Shown here piece by piece: positions 52,091 through 64,000 of a stretch of DNA of 64,000 nucleotides. Every line of letters begins with the position of its first letter. The first letter of the stretch is position 1. This stretch comes from Eledone cirrhosa. Taxonomy: Eukaryota. The notes under the pieces were generated by a model. That model was not told where the DNA came from. It saw nothing but the letters and a program-made list of their open reading frames with translations, and searched no databases. A program made the position numbers and the translations under genes. The stretch covers positions 117,428,001 through 117,492,000 of the forward strand of contig OZ024745.1 in the NCBI GenBank assembly GCA_964016885.1. The letters run 5' to 3'.

Positions 52091-53507
52091 GTCCTGTAAC
52101 TCCCAAGTTGCAGGGGTACCGTATCAACATACAGCATTTCTAGGGTATTTTAAAAAAACTTAAACCTGGCGGAGCCCATCTCTTCTCCAGGTCTGAATAG
52201 AGCAAATTTCTTCCAGAGAAGGTTAGAGAGAGTGTGAGAAAGAGATATCGAGGAAGAATCAACCCCAGTACTATACTGATACTTTTTTATCAACCTTGAT
52301 ATATATTTAGATGGTTTGATCAAATAATTACTTTATGTATATGTACTATTGTTTGTATATGTACATGGTTTCATGGTTAGAGAATTGGATTCACAATCGT
52401 GAGGTTGTGAGTTTAATTACTAGACCAGGCGATGTTTTATGCCCTTGAGCAAGACACTTTAATTCACATTGCTCTTTTTGCCAGGAGTTGTAACCAGTAG
52501 ATAAGTATCAGCAATGGGAAGATCAATGGAAACGTTGTTTACTTGGTCAGATTGAATGAGTTCCATTCTACTCTGTAAGCGAGTAAGGTCTGGGATCTTT
52601 TCGATCGAATTCTTGTATATGTATTAAATCGAATTCAGATTCTAAAATGTTCAGATTCCAATAGTTCTCTTTCAGCAGCCAGCTTTGAAAATGAGGATAA
52701 GCTCCAACATACTGGTAATAGTTATTGATTTAGAGAAAAAACAACAAAATGGATTTAATGTTAATATGTTTCAAATTATTATCTTTATTTTGTTTTTCTT
52801 ATATTTTGTCGGCTTGTCGTTGATTCTTGATATCAAATTCAGGAATAGAAGCATTTAAGTTTTACCCTTAACACTGCGTATTGATTTAGCAGAAAATATC
52901 TAAAAATGGCTTTATTAATTCAACTGCTTATAGCATCTTTACTAGTGAACATATCTTTGTGAAAATTTTCAGTAAACTAAAGACATTAATTTTCAATGTG
53001 ATTCAGTCATTGTACTTTTGTACTTTTTGTGGTTTCTTGTGTTAGTGGACATTAAGAGTTAATAGTAAAAAGCCATTTTGAATGTAACCCAGGTTTTAAA
53101 ACATGTAGAGATTTGTTTATTTTTTGGCATGTTAGAAACCGATAAAATACTTCAGCTCTTTCTAGATTTTATATCTAATTAAAGAATAAAATAAATTACC
53201 TCTACTGTTGTTACGCATTAATATTATAGTGGTTGCTATACAATATTTGAAACAATATTTTAGTGCAGCTTGAATCATTCTCTTATCAATAATGTCCTAG
53301 TTTTTTTTTTTTATATTCTATGAGATCAAAGTCCAATAGAAGGAGTGACTTTATGAACATATTTCGAATATATCAGTTGTTTCTAGTTAGTGGAGTGTGA
53401 AATTATAAAGTGATGAACAGTTTTAGAAAGGAATGTATTTCACTTGATTTATATTTAAAAGATAAAATATTAAGGTGAGCTTTTGAATTATTCATATTTT
53501 GGAATCT

Positions 53508-53554
<47 letters not shown>

Positions 53555-54318
53555 ATGTAGTACGTGTCAACTATTTTGTGTAAATTAATGTCAGATGATC
53601 AATGATAGCAAATAATAATATTTTCTTTATCAGTTCCTGTATGGGCAAGACATGGTCATCCGACCTGGCATTGCCCACAACAGGACAACCCGTCTAACCC
53701 ATGCTGAGGTGGAAGAATGGACATAAAACGGTGATGATGATGTCACATTCACATAGAAATATAAAAAAATCAATAATTTTGATAATGTGTTCTTTAATGA
53801 TATATTCAAGAGTGAAATGGGGTACATAAGGTTGTAGTGGATGTTTTCTTTCAATTCTGGAGTTCACCGACACTTCTGGGTCTGTGATGCACTTGTTAAC
53901 TATGGTTCTCCCATCTTTTTTAAATATTGTTTTGAGTCCTTATTTCTTTCTTTCATTCTACTTTCCTGGTTGATCTGGTTGTTGTTGTTTAGCTCTGTGT
54001 CATTTATCTCTGACTGAGAAGGCCAATCATAAAAGTTTTTTGATTATTTATATTTTATTAATTAGCAGAAAAACCACCCTTTGGATGGTTTTCTGCTGGC
54101 ATGTGTTGTGTGCATATTGTTATTATACGCAATATACATGCATGTAGATATGATACGTCAAATAAAATCGTAATTGACAATATGCACTGTCTTCTGTAAT
54201 CAGTAAAGTAATCCATGATGCATTTAAAAAAGATGATATTATATATAAACTGCATTACGTTGTATTGACATTTGAAAATTTTAAAAGAAGTGACTCTTCA
54301 AATAAGCAATCATGAAAC

Positions 54319-54590
54319 TTTTTTTTTTTTTTTTTTTTTTAAATGGAGACATAAGAGGTAGATTTTTATTGTGTTGTATCAGATGAAAGAATGGTATTTA
54401 ATTAATGTATTGGTACACGATGGGGCCCACCCACAGCCCAGGCGGACAGAATGGAGAAGGCGTTTCCCCTGAGGACGGCAAGGGAGACGCGCTGGAAAAG
54501 CCACTCCAACTCGCGGGGCTCACACCTGCGGCTGGCCAACTCAGCGCCTATGGTGGTGAGTAAGGAGGTAGCCCTGGGGCCGAAAGAATA
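54319..54590 (-). mobile_element. CRE-clade retrotransposon 3' end with poly(A)
   Basis: Minus strand: FGPRATSLLTTIGAELASRRCEPRELEWLFQRVSLAVLRGNAFSIL (CRE C-terminal QRxSxAxxRGNA motif), AATAAA, then A22. Confidence 0.88.
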
Positions 54591-54931
54591 TTTATGTTTA
54601 ATCAGCAGCTACGAAATTTAGTACATAAATTATGTAATATTCATTCATTATTTATTCAAAGTAATCTAACTTATTTTACTAATGGGATAAAAAAATATAT
54701 TCAGGACACAGTCCCACACTCCTCCCTTTATTATATTAAGATTCAATGAGTAGACACTCCAGGTGATTGAATGACTGGAATATTCCATGTTGTAACTAAT
54801 AGTTCTATTTACATATACTTAACACCCCATAATGAGTTAGCAAAAATTATCTAAGAATGGCGTTGTTAATTCAAATGTTTATAGTATAATTGCAAATGAG
54901 CAGATTGTTGTGAAAATGTGTATTAACCGTT

Positions 54932-57145
54932 GTTAATAATAATAATGAATAATAATAATAAAAATATTGTGTACAGTGCTCAGGTGCACTACAACTCATC
55001 AAAAAGTGTATGTATAGTACATAGGGTAATGTACAAACGTCAGGAAAATGAACAGTGCATGAGTCATGATATACACATGTGTGCATGTGTATGGAAGGGG
55101 TATATCAGGTGTAGTTTTGGCGAATTTCGGGAAGCATGAGGGTTTTAAAGGATGCAGTGTCTCGGCAGCTAACGACTGACGCAGGCAGTTTGTTCCATGC
55201 TTCAGCAACTCTAAGCGTGAAAAAATGTTTCCGAAAGTCATGGGAGCTGTGCTGTTTTCTGATTTTGTAGGCATGTCCACGTATGTTAGACACATAGAGA
55301 TCAAAAAGGTGCTCAGGGTTGTTGTTGGCGAGATGGTTAATAACTTTGTGGGTGTTTACCAAGTCCATTGCCAGATGTCGGAGCTTCAATGAATCCATTC
55401 CCAGGGAAGCAAGGCGTTCAGAGTATGGTAGGTGTCTGATGGAGGGTATGCGCTTGGTTGCACATCTCTGTACAGTTTCCAGGAGGTCAATATTCTGAGC
55501 AAGATAGGGGTTTCAGACTGATGATGCAAATTCCAAGTGTGGTCGTATCATAGCTGTATACAACTTTAAATAGATGGCTGGAGAGCGGCTAACAAAGGTC
55601 TTGCTGAGTGATGCCAAGACACCGTCGGCCTTCTTGACAATCTTAGAGACATGCTTTGTCCAACGCAAATCGCTGCTAACAGTAATGCCCAGGTCATGTT
55701 CACAAGGGGACTTCTTGATATCAGTGTTGTGGAGGGAGTATGTGGACGCTGGATTTTTCCTCCCAAAATGCATGGTGGTACACTTGTCCCCAGCCATCTT
55801 CAGTTGCCAGTCTGTGATCCATTGCTGCATTGTGTCCAGGTCTGATTGTAGGAAAGAGTTGTAGATTTCAGGATCAGTCCTTTTGATTTCAAGGTACAGC
55901 TTAATGTCATCTGCATATTTCAGTGCCGTGGCATTCTTTAAGTTGGCATCTATGTCATTAATATGTGCCACAAACAAAAGGGGACCAAGAACAGATCCCT
56001 GTGGTACACCAGATGACATCTCATATGGTGAAGAATGCTGTCCTAGAACCGTGACTACCTCTTTTCGGCTGAGAATGAAGGATTTCAACCAGTTAAAAAG
56101 ATCATCCCTCACACCCATTGCAGAGAGTTTCGCCATAAGTCTTTTGTGTGGCACAGAATTAAAAGCCTTAGTGAAGTCATGGTAAACAACATCCACCCAT
56201 GAGCCACTGTCAGTGATCCAGGTAATGTCTTCAAGGAACTCGATAAGCTGGTCACAGAGGCTGGAGTTGGGGATAAATCCAAACTGCGAGGTCCGGATGA
56301 GGCTGTGAGAGCTCCAGAAGTTCCAAAGTGTTTCTCTGACACAGGATTCCATCAGTTGGCAATACAGCTAGTAAGACTGACTGGACGATAGTTGACAGGT
56401 GACGTGCGGTCGCCTTTTTTGAACAGGGGAATGACACAGTTTTCCACTGCTCCGGAGTAGCACCATTGTTGAGACAGTATTGAAAGAAGAAAGAAAGCTG
56501 GTGCAAAAGGAAGTACCCGCCATGTTTGAAAAGCAAGTATGTAACACCATCAAGACCAGGGGAGGCATAGTTGCGCTTATTCTTAAGGTGACGTCACAAC
56601 ATTGCACGTGTAAATTCCATAGTTGTTATGGAATTTGATGTTAGAGATGGTGGAGATGGTACATTCGGGTTTTCAACAGTAAAAATACTTGCATAGCACT
56701 CAGCAATGAGTTCTGCGCATTCTTTGGGATCGTCAGTGATCTGGCTTGTGTGGGGATTGCGGAGAGGACCAACTGGAGAGTGAGGTCTCTGCTTTGAATG
56801 AACATATTTCCAGAACATCTTACTGTCAGGATTGGTTGCTATGCACTGTTCAAATTCAAGTACTGCCTTTTTTGTCACTTGCTTGAGATTGTTGGAAGAT
56901 TTATTCCGCTTTTTTCTGTTGGCATCTGATTTATGCAGTTTATATTCCCGTTTAGCGTTCCGACGTTCTTTCCTGGCAAGTCGGACCGCTGAAGTTTCCC
57001 AAATTGCACTTTTGGGGTGGGTTTTTTTTCTGCTTACGTGGCACCGATGCTGCACACGCTATCCATATTGAGTCCAGGATGCTCTGGAGTATAGTGTTCA
57101 CATCTCCAGAGTTATAGAACTCATGCCAGTTTGGGCCTGTTGGTA
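54932..57145 (-). mobile_element. CR1-clade LINE, 5'-truncated
   Basis: RT 55513-56352 (SQFGF, DFTKAFNSVPH, SGVPQGSVLGP, YADD, RPHLEFA), RKHFFTLRVAEAWNKLP, (tta)n tail, 7-bp TSD aaccgtt at 54925 and 57146. Confidence 0.95.
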
Positions 57146-57189
57146 AACCGTTAGGTTGCTTAATTTTAAAATTAAGCAACCTAACGGTT
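57146..57189. repeat. Perfect 44-bp palindrome
   Basis: aaccgttaggttgcttaatttt|aaaattaagcaacctaacggtt. Confidence 0.97.
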
Positions 57190-57850
57190 AATACAAACCC
57201 TAGAAAAGATAATTTGTAGATAAAAAATGCATAAGATAATATACCTACAATAACAACATGGCCAGTAATTCGGTGGGATTTACATTTAACAAACAAACAC
57301 CTATTGACTATAAACGACTCAAAATAATCCCATGGTTAGTAGCTGTGAATTACAAACAACACATACACATACATACGAACTACAACACAAAAACACTTGA
57401 ATGAAAATCACATATCCAACTCTATCACATACTTTGCATTACACCTTACATAACAAATACCTGCATTATCACCACATGCCTCTCTAACAAATTGCACACT
57501 ATCTTAAATATTTATAACAATTATAACATGCTTTAACACCCCACACAAAATACGTTTATTTCAACTGCATTATAACTCTTTCCTCATACATGCCTTATTG
57601 ACTGTATTGACTCCTACATTGTACACCTATTGTCCTTGCTTGTAACTTTTTTACCTGTATTTTTTTGTTTGTGCTTTTCACTTATTCCTATTACACTTTC
57701 AACCAGTGCTGCCTGTAATTGTGTTATTTCAAGCAGAACATCTTTTTAACTCCTGACTCTCCACATGATGCATTTGACACTAAAAACAATTATGTACCCT
57801 AAATGTTCTAAATGACTAGGATTTTAGTTACATGTTTCAACACTCCCTAT

Positions 57851-57895
57851 ACTCCGATGATTCCAGACTTCCCTCTGGAAGAAACAATTGTCAGC
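57851..57895 (+). ncRNA. Minimal type I hammerhead-ribozyme-like motif followed by AATAAA
   Basis: act-CcGATGA-ttccaga-cttccc-tctggaa-GAAA-caattg-TC-agc-aaataaa; perfect 7-bp stem II, palindromic stem III, GUC triplet; U4 is C and stem I is weak. Confidence 0.72.
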
Positions 57896-57936
57896 AAATA
57901 AATGTTCTAAACTAAAATTTGATCGTTTTAACACTT

Positions 57937-57977
<41 letters not shown>

Positions 57978-58045
57978 ATGTGTGTACATGTAAAATATAG
58001 CATCCAGTAGATAGCTAACTTCATACATCAGAGGCATAACTGTAA

Positions 58046-58800
58046 CTATAACTATTGACTACCCTTCCAAACACCCTAACAATAAATAGACTACCAGAAT
58101 TAAACATGGAACTCTGGTTAAACACTATGAACGAGAGGGCCAAAATTCTCCACTCACATTGTGCTAACCCCATGGCATCCAAATACCTTATACTCAAAAA
58201 CTCAGCAATGTCCAATAGTGTTAAGTTTAATATTCTGATCGCAGGCTTGGCAAGAGTGATGAAGAATCTGTCCCACATGTGCAACAAAGCTGAAATGGAA
58301 AGACACATCCAACACTTCATCAATCACATGCAGTTCTCTGGCTACAACCAAAGAGACAGAATCATAGTATACAAAGGAGTCACGGAAAAATATAAGACCC
58401 TCATAGAAATGGACATGAAAGGAATTTTCCTATTGTACAGGAGCAAATCATGGAATAGCTTAGATAGGACTAAACATAAGATAGGTAAAGCCACTTCATG
58501 GTACAGCAACCAGAGATACCAGAGTGTCATGTCCCTGGAGGGAAATTAGCTAACCAATGTAGAAAGGCCCTAAGAAAGACCCATCTAAAGATTAAAGTGG
58601 TAGAAAAGCCAGGAACTACCATAAAATCTCTGATCAGCAAAACATACCCCTTTAAGGAAACCTACTGTACGAATAAGAAATGTGTTATATATAGAATGAA
58701 TCCTCAAATAAATTGTAAAACTAGAAATGTAGTCTATAGCATAAGATGTACAGAGGGTACTTGCAGAAACATGACAACGACATACATAGGTAAACACATA
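58046..58800 (+). mobile_element. Penelope-like element fragment (same family as 19110-20150)
   Basis: NRLPELNMELW, HSHCANPMASKY..MQFSGY, CVIY..NCKTRNVVYSIRCTEGTC..YIG; truncated by a microsatellite. Confidence 0.9.
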
Positions 58801-58814
58801 AATAAATAAATAAA

Positions 58815-58941
58815 AACACACACACACACACCCGGATGTAACGCATATATGTGAATGTATATGTACGTGTGTGTGTGTATATGTATGTATGTATATATAT
58901 GTGTATGTATACGTGTATGTATGTGTATATATATATATATA

Positions 58942-58972
<31 letters not shown>

Positions 58973-59012
58973 CATGTGTATGTGTATGTATATATGTATG
59001 TGTATGTATGCG
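58815..59012. repeat. Complex (TA)/(TG)/(TATG) microsatellite
   Basis: Read directly from the sequence. Confidence 0.95.
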
Positions 59013-59980
59013 TAAGCACATACTTATGCACTGGCCTAAATCTTAACTATACTTTAATTTTCTCATCATTATTTACTTTTACTATTTTAATAACCTCTGT
59101 CATTTTTGTGTAATCATTTTATTTACATTATTCTCAAACTCTGGAGCTGGAAATCATTCTGTTATATTAAATAGAATATTAGTCTACCGACTCCTTTTAT
59201 ACAATAAATGTGTTTTTGTATAAATTCTTCTCACTCCACATAATAATGTAATTATCCTCGCCTTTTTTTCCATTCACTGCCAGAGAACATCTTCACGAAC
59301 CAAAGTATCGTCTTCCTGTTTTCTTTTGGTTGTAACGTTTTTCGAAATATTTACTTCTGCGTCCACAGATTGATTTTTTTTAGTTTCAGAAGATCCCGTT
59401 AAGGGTGAAAGCAGCGATTCTTTGCTTAAAATTTAATCTGTTCTTAAAATAAATATATATAAAAGTTATGCATGTATATATACATATATATATACATTCA
59501 AATCTGATCTGTTTCACACAGACATTTGCAATAGTTCTGAAATTCATTTAAAATATTTTATTGAACATTTTCAATAGTATTGTATCATATTTGGATGAAT
59601 TAAAACTTTGGATACCCAACCAAGTGAAACCACCCTGGGTCCTGTAATACTAGGCTGTTTTGTTTATTTTAAAATGGTTATATTTATTGAAAAAAATTTC
59701 CTTCATAATTTTATGTAAAATCTTTCATCAAGCTATGCTCCAAATGCGAACTTAATAGTGAGAAAGTTAGTTACATCATTAAATCAATCAAAATTCTTGA
59801 ATATTTTCAAAATTATTTGAAAATCGTAGGTAGTGTCTTACATTAGAAAGATGTTGATGAAAGGGTTAAGAATTTGTGTCATAGAACACATGTTTGTTTG
59901 ATCAATGATTGATGTGATTATTAGTTGGTGATGTGTAATTGATGTGAAGAAAGCAATTTCACCAACGCATTGGTATAGAG

Positions 59981-60271
59981 CAGTGATTCCCAAAGTGGGC
60001 ACTCACCCCACAGAGGAGCAATTTTAATATTCAAGGGGGGCAATTTGAAAATGATGTTAATGAGAGCAAACTTCAGGTGTTACTTTTACACCAAAGCAAC
60101 TTTGGAACAAATTATGGTCAGAAACTCCTGTCTCACCTCCACCACATGTTACTGTACATCTGGCATCACCCATATGCCAATTGGTAGTTGATTATCGCTG
60201 TTTTAATATCAAAGTGGGGCATACAAATGTTTGAGTTGTTGAGGTGGGGCACAAACGGTTGGGAACTACTG
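59981..60271. mobile_element. hAT (Charlie/Buster-type) MITE
   Basis: TIRs cagtgattcccaa / ttgggaactactg; 8-bp flanks gtatagag and atatagac with a central TA. Confidence 0.75.
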
Positions 60272-61152
60272 ATATAGACCAACAAGGAAACAAGACTGTT
60301 AATTATATATATTTATTTCATGGAATTCAACAAATCCCTGTGACAAAACAAAATTACTCAACAGGAATATACAAAACTGTGAAATGACATTAAGTGTTAT
60401 CATCAACATGATCATCATCGTTTAACATCCATTTTCAATGCTTGCATGGGTTAGACAGGTTGTCTGATTGTGAGTCAAGTCGGGTCCAGAGACACGTCTT
60501 GCTCATGAATCTGTATTCTGGTTTGCTTTCTACAGCTGGATGCTCCTTCTAATACCAACCACATTATAGTGTGGACCGGGTGCTTTTTGTCATGTCACCA
60601 ACTCAACCATCTTACAATGTGAACAGGGGGTGCTTTTTCTCATGTCACCATCACAATCACCTAACGGGATGGAGTGGCTGCTTTTGTTGTTATGGCATCG
60701 GAGGATTCACCGAGAAGGACAGTATTAACAAGATTTATTAGAAACAGACAGATTGTGTGAATATAGAGATGTGATTAAGTAGAGATATCTGGCTTGACCT
60801 CTGGTATATTCACTAACCTGCTGGCATGACCCAGCAGTCAGTCTTAATGTTGTCAACTCTGAGAGAACCAGAGCTGTCTGATTTGCCTTTATATAGCCCT
60901 AGGTGTTGTCATAGTTATTTTCATTGTAATTGACAAATATGGCATTTGATATGAAAATATGCCAACACACCTCATTTTCATACTGCATCAATAAAAGGAT
61001 AATTTTGCTATATATATATACATATATGTGTGTGTGTGTGTGTGTGTTTCAATGTCATCACTTTAACGCCCTTTTTTTTTTCATGCATAAGTTGGATGAT
61101 GATTAAATATATTTATATTCGTATACAGACTCTCACACACACATTTATGTAC

Positions 61153-61940
61153 ATCATCATCATCATCATCATCGTTTAACGTCTATCTTCCACACTAGCA
61201 TGGGTTAGACAAGGAATTGTCCCACTTAAGGCAAGATTGATCAGGTGACCATGTCTCACTCGTATAGGACTGTATCTGGCAGGGTTTCTATGGCTGGATA
61301 CCCTTCCGAACACCAACCACATTTACAGTGTGGATTGGGAGGCTTTTTACCGTGTCTCCTACACGACTACTTTACAGTGTGGACTGGGAGCCTTTTTACT
61401 GTGTCTCCTACACAACCACTTTACAGTGTGGACTGGGAACCTTTTTACCGTGTCTCCTACACAACCACTTTACAGTGTGGACTGGGAGGCTTTTTACCGT
61501 GTCTCCTACACGACTACTTTACAGTGTGGACTAGGAGCCTTTTTACCGTGTCTCCTACACGACCACTTTACAGTGTGGACTGGGAGCCTTTTTACCGTGT
61601 CTCCAACACGACTACTTTACAGTGTGGACTAGGAGCCTTTTTACCGTGTCTCCTACACGACCACTTTACAGTGTGGACTGGGAGGCTTTTTACCGTGTCT
61701 CCTACACGACCACTTTACAGTGTGGACTGGGAGGCTTTTTACCGTGTCTCCTACACAACTACTTTACAGTATGGACTGGAAGCCTTTTTACCGTGTCTCC
61801 TACACGACCACTTTAGAGTCTGGACTGGGAGGCTTTTTTCCGTGTTTCCTACACGACCACTTTACAGTGTGGATTGGGAGCCTTTTTACCGTGTCTCCTA
61901 CACGACCACTTTACAGTGTGGACTGTGTGTTTTTCACAGA
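61153..61940 (-). mobile_element. Short RTE-tailed element carrying a 49-bp VNTR
   Basis: (CAT)n tail, body matching 50773-50950, then the array. Confidence 0.9.
61315..61930. repeat. 49-bp minisatellite, about 13 units
   Basis: The unit tttacagtgtggactgggag(g/c)ctttttaccgtgtctcctacac(g/a)ac(c/t)ac recurs every 49 bp (cagt position 61326 to 61914, one copy mutated). Confidence 0.97.
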
Positions 61941-62748
61941 CACAAATGCATGCACATCTGTTATATGAAAGCAGTTGTACATGTGTAAAATGTCTAGTTT
62001 AAAAAAATTATGCTCTTACATGTCTATGGAAAGAAGATGGTAAGAGTGTGTGTGAAAGAGAGAACTAAAAGAGCAATTCATTTAATGAAAAATACTGTTT
62101 ATCCTGAAACTTTAAATGAGTAAAATATTCCATTTTGTTAGTTTCAGTCATTTGTTAAATTTATTTGATTTATTTTGTTATATTGTATATATTTTTTATG
62201 TGTATATATGTATTTATAAATAAACCATTTAAAAAGACGTAGTTATATTTAATACTTGGTGGTTGTTTCAAGTGAAAGGTGCCCAGCAGTAGAAACCATG
62301 CCAAATTGAAATGTATGAGCAAGACTCATTCATTTGATCTGTCTAGCCACAGATATCTAACCTATGAAAGCATGGAAAATAGACATAAAACCATGATGTT
62401 GATTATAATAAATATATACATATTTTAATCTATAAATATTTTATGATATATATGTTGTATATACAATATGACATTTATTCTTTTGCTCTTTTACTGGTTT
62501 CATGGAGTGTAACCATGCTGGAGCATTGCCTTAAAGAGTTTAATTGATCATATTTTACCCCAATATTTATTCACCTAAATAAGCTCACAATGACATGCCA
62601 TTAGGTTAAATTCTTGTCCTCATAGATGCTCTAATGCTGTGCTGAGGGACAGCAGGGTTAGGGAGGGAGGGAGAGAGAGATGTGGGGGAATCAAAGGAGA
62701 CAAAAGGAGAAGATTTTTTCAACATTTATTGCACATGTGTATGTCTTG

Positions 62749-63192
62749 TTAACCCTTTCGTGATTGTATCTCTAAAAAAATGCACTCTATTTCATATAAT
62801 TAATTCTAAGAGATATACTAAAATTACTTATTATTTCATGATCAAGATAGAAACTTAACATATGATTATTATATGTGGATTGGCAGTATCGGTAGAGTCA
62901 GATACCATGCTTTGCAGCATAGAGTTACGGTCCTTTACGGTCTGAGTTCAAATCCCGCTGAGGTTAACTTTTCATCCTTACGGGGTCGATAAAATAAAGC
63001 ACCAGTAACGTACTGGGATCTATTTAATCGACTTCCCCTCCCCCCAAATTACTGGCCTTGTGCCTATACTAGAAATCATTATATAATATTATGTAAGTTG
63101 ATTTTTTATTTAAATAGCAATCCATTAAAATGGGTGATTGTGTTTCCTAGAACCAGGGTCAGTTTTGGCTTGGTTGGTATCAAAAGGGTTAA
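62749..63192. mobile_element. piggyBac-type MITE, family B, with a nested tRNA-related SINE (62873-63080)
   Basis: TTAA-ccctttcg ... ggtatcaaaaggg-TTAA; related ends near 10060, 37550 and 59600-59868. Confidence 0.7.
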
Positions 63193-64000
63193 CTCTTCAT
63201 TTACTGTCCATCTCGTTCTCTGATGCCCTTACATCTCTGTATCACGTACCCATTCTTCACCCACTTTCTGTCTATTCACCCTCTTTCCACCTACCCTATT
63301 TTTACTTTCACCACCCACACTCTACACATCCCTTCACTCTCTTTCCACCCACACGTTCTCTACCTACCCTCTCTACAGTGGAATCAAACATGTCACCACA
63401 TGGTTAACCATGGAGCTATGCCTGTGCTCATAGAATATTTTTATGTGAGTTTGTGACATATCAGATACTAGGACGTTTAGTCTCACTGACGAATTAATAA
63501 AGAATGGTGGTCTGTGATGATATGTGGTTGAACAGAGTAGTTCATCCCATACCAGTGGGAACCTCGCCCCAAAGGTTAAGAGGACTCTTTAGTTGTGTCA
63601 AAGACATGACAACATCCCTAGTGCTGGTGATGCACAAGAAACATACCCAGTACACTCTGTAAAGTAGTTGTTGATAGGAGAGGATACCCAGCCGTAGAAA
63701 ACTTGCCAAACCAAGTGTTGGGAGGACTCTTCAGTTGTCTCAAAAGCCTGCCAACCTCCATACTGCTGGTGATCTACACAATAAATGCACCCAATATACT
63801 CTGTAAAGTGGCTGGTGATAGGAATGACATCCAGCCATAAAAACCCTGCCAAACAAAGGGTCAGGAAAACTCTTCAGCTGTGTCAAAGATAAAATAACCC
63901 CCCCCCCCTCCTCCCCTGCCGGTGATGGTGCCATGGACTCGGTAGAGAGCAGGAACATATGTAAGCACATGGTAGAGTGTAGGAATGCATGAAATGCAGA

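Noticed and set aside
54416-54590. GC-rich hairpin island with ctgagga as a possible ribozyme
   Set aside because: No complete hammerhead or HDV-like fold was found; it is explained by CRE coding sequence on the minus strand.
61245-61988. 247-aa repetitive ORF (and the 136-aa ORF at 36078)
   Set aside because: These are translations of the minisatellites; the 49-bp unit simply cycles through frames and the ORFs lack ATG starts.
63481-63520. tctca-CTGACGA..gaat..GTC-tgtga hammerhead-like string
   Set aside because: No stem II, no GAAA and no stem III pairing; could be chance.

Overview
AT-rich eukaryotic DNA dominated by decayed transposable elements. The repeat inventory and dense (TA)n/(CA)n/(CAT)n microsatellites suggest an octopus-like cephalopod, but this is inference only. 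I found one plausible host exon (34137-34360, +), so the window is probably mostly intron. Retroelements: three RTE lineages, CR1, L1/Tx1, two CRE-clade relics, Penelope-like (PLE) fragments and several SINE families. DNA elements: Helitrons, TTAA piggyBac-type MITEs, a Tc2/pogo-type element, a DD37D/maT relic and a hAT MITE. The most notable signals are (i) five type I hammerhead-ribozyme-like motifs, two at PLE 3' ends, one in an ORF-less 690-bp partial tandem unit between (TA)n tracts and two spaced 382 bp apart (retrozyme-like); (ii) a short RTE-tailed non-autonomous element whose 48/49-bp module has expanded independently into VNTR arrays, with one copy carrying a tRNA-Asp head; (iii) a Tx1 deletion derivative joined to that RTE-type tail; (iv) a CR1 inserted into a 56-bp palindrome with a visible TSD. 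No CRISPR array or intact autonomous element is supported. All calls were made by eye, and boundaries of decayed elements are approximate.
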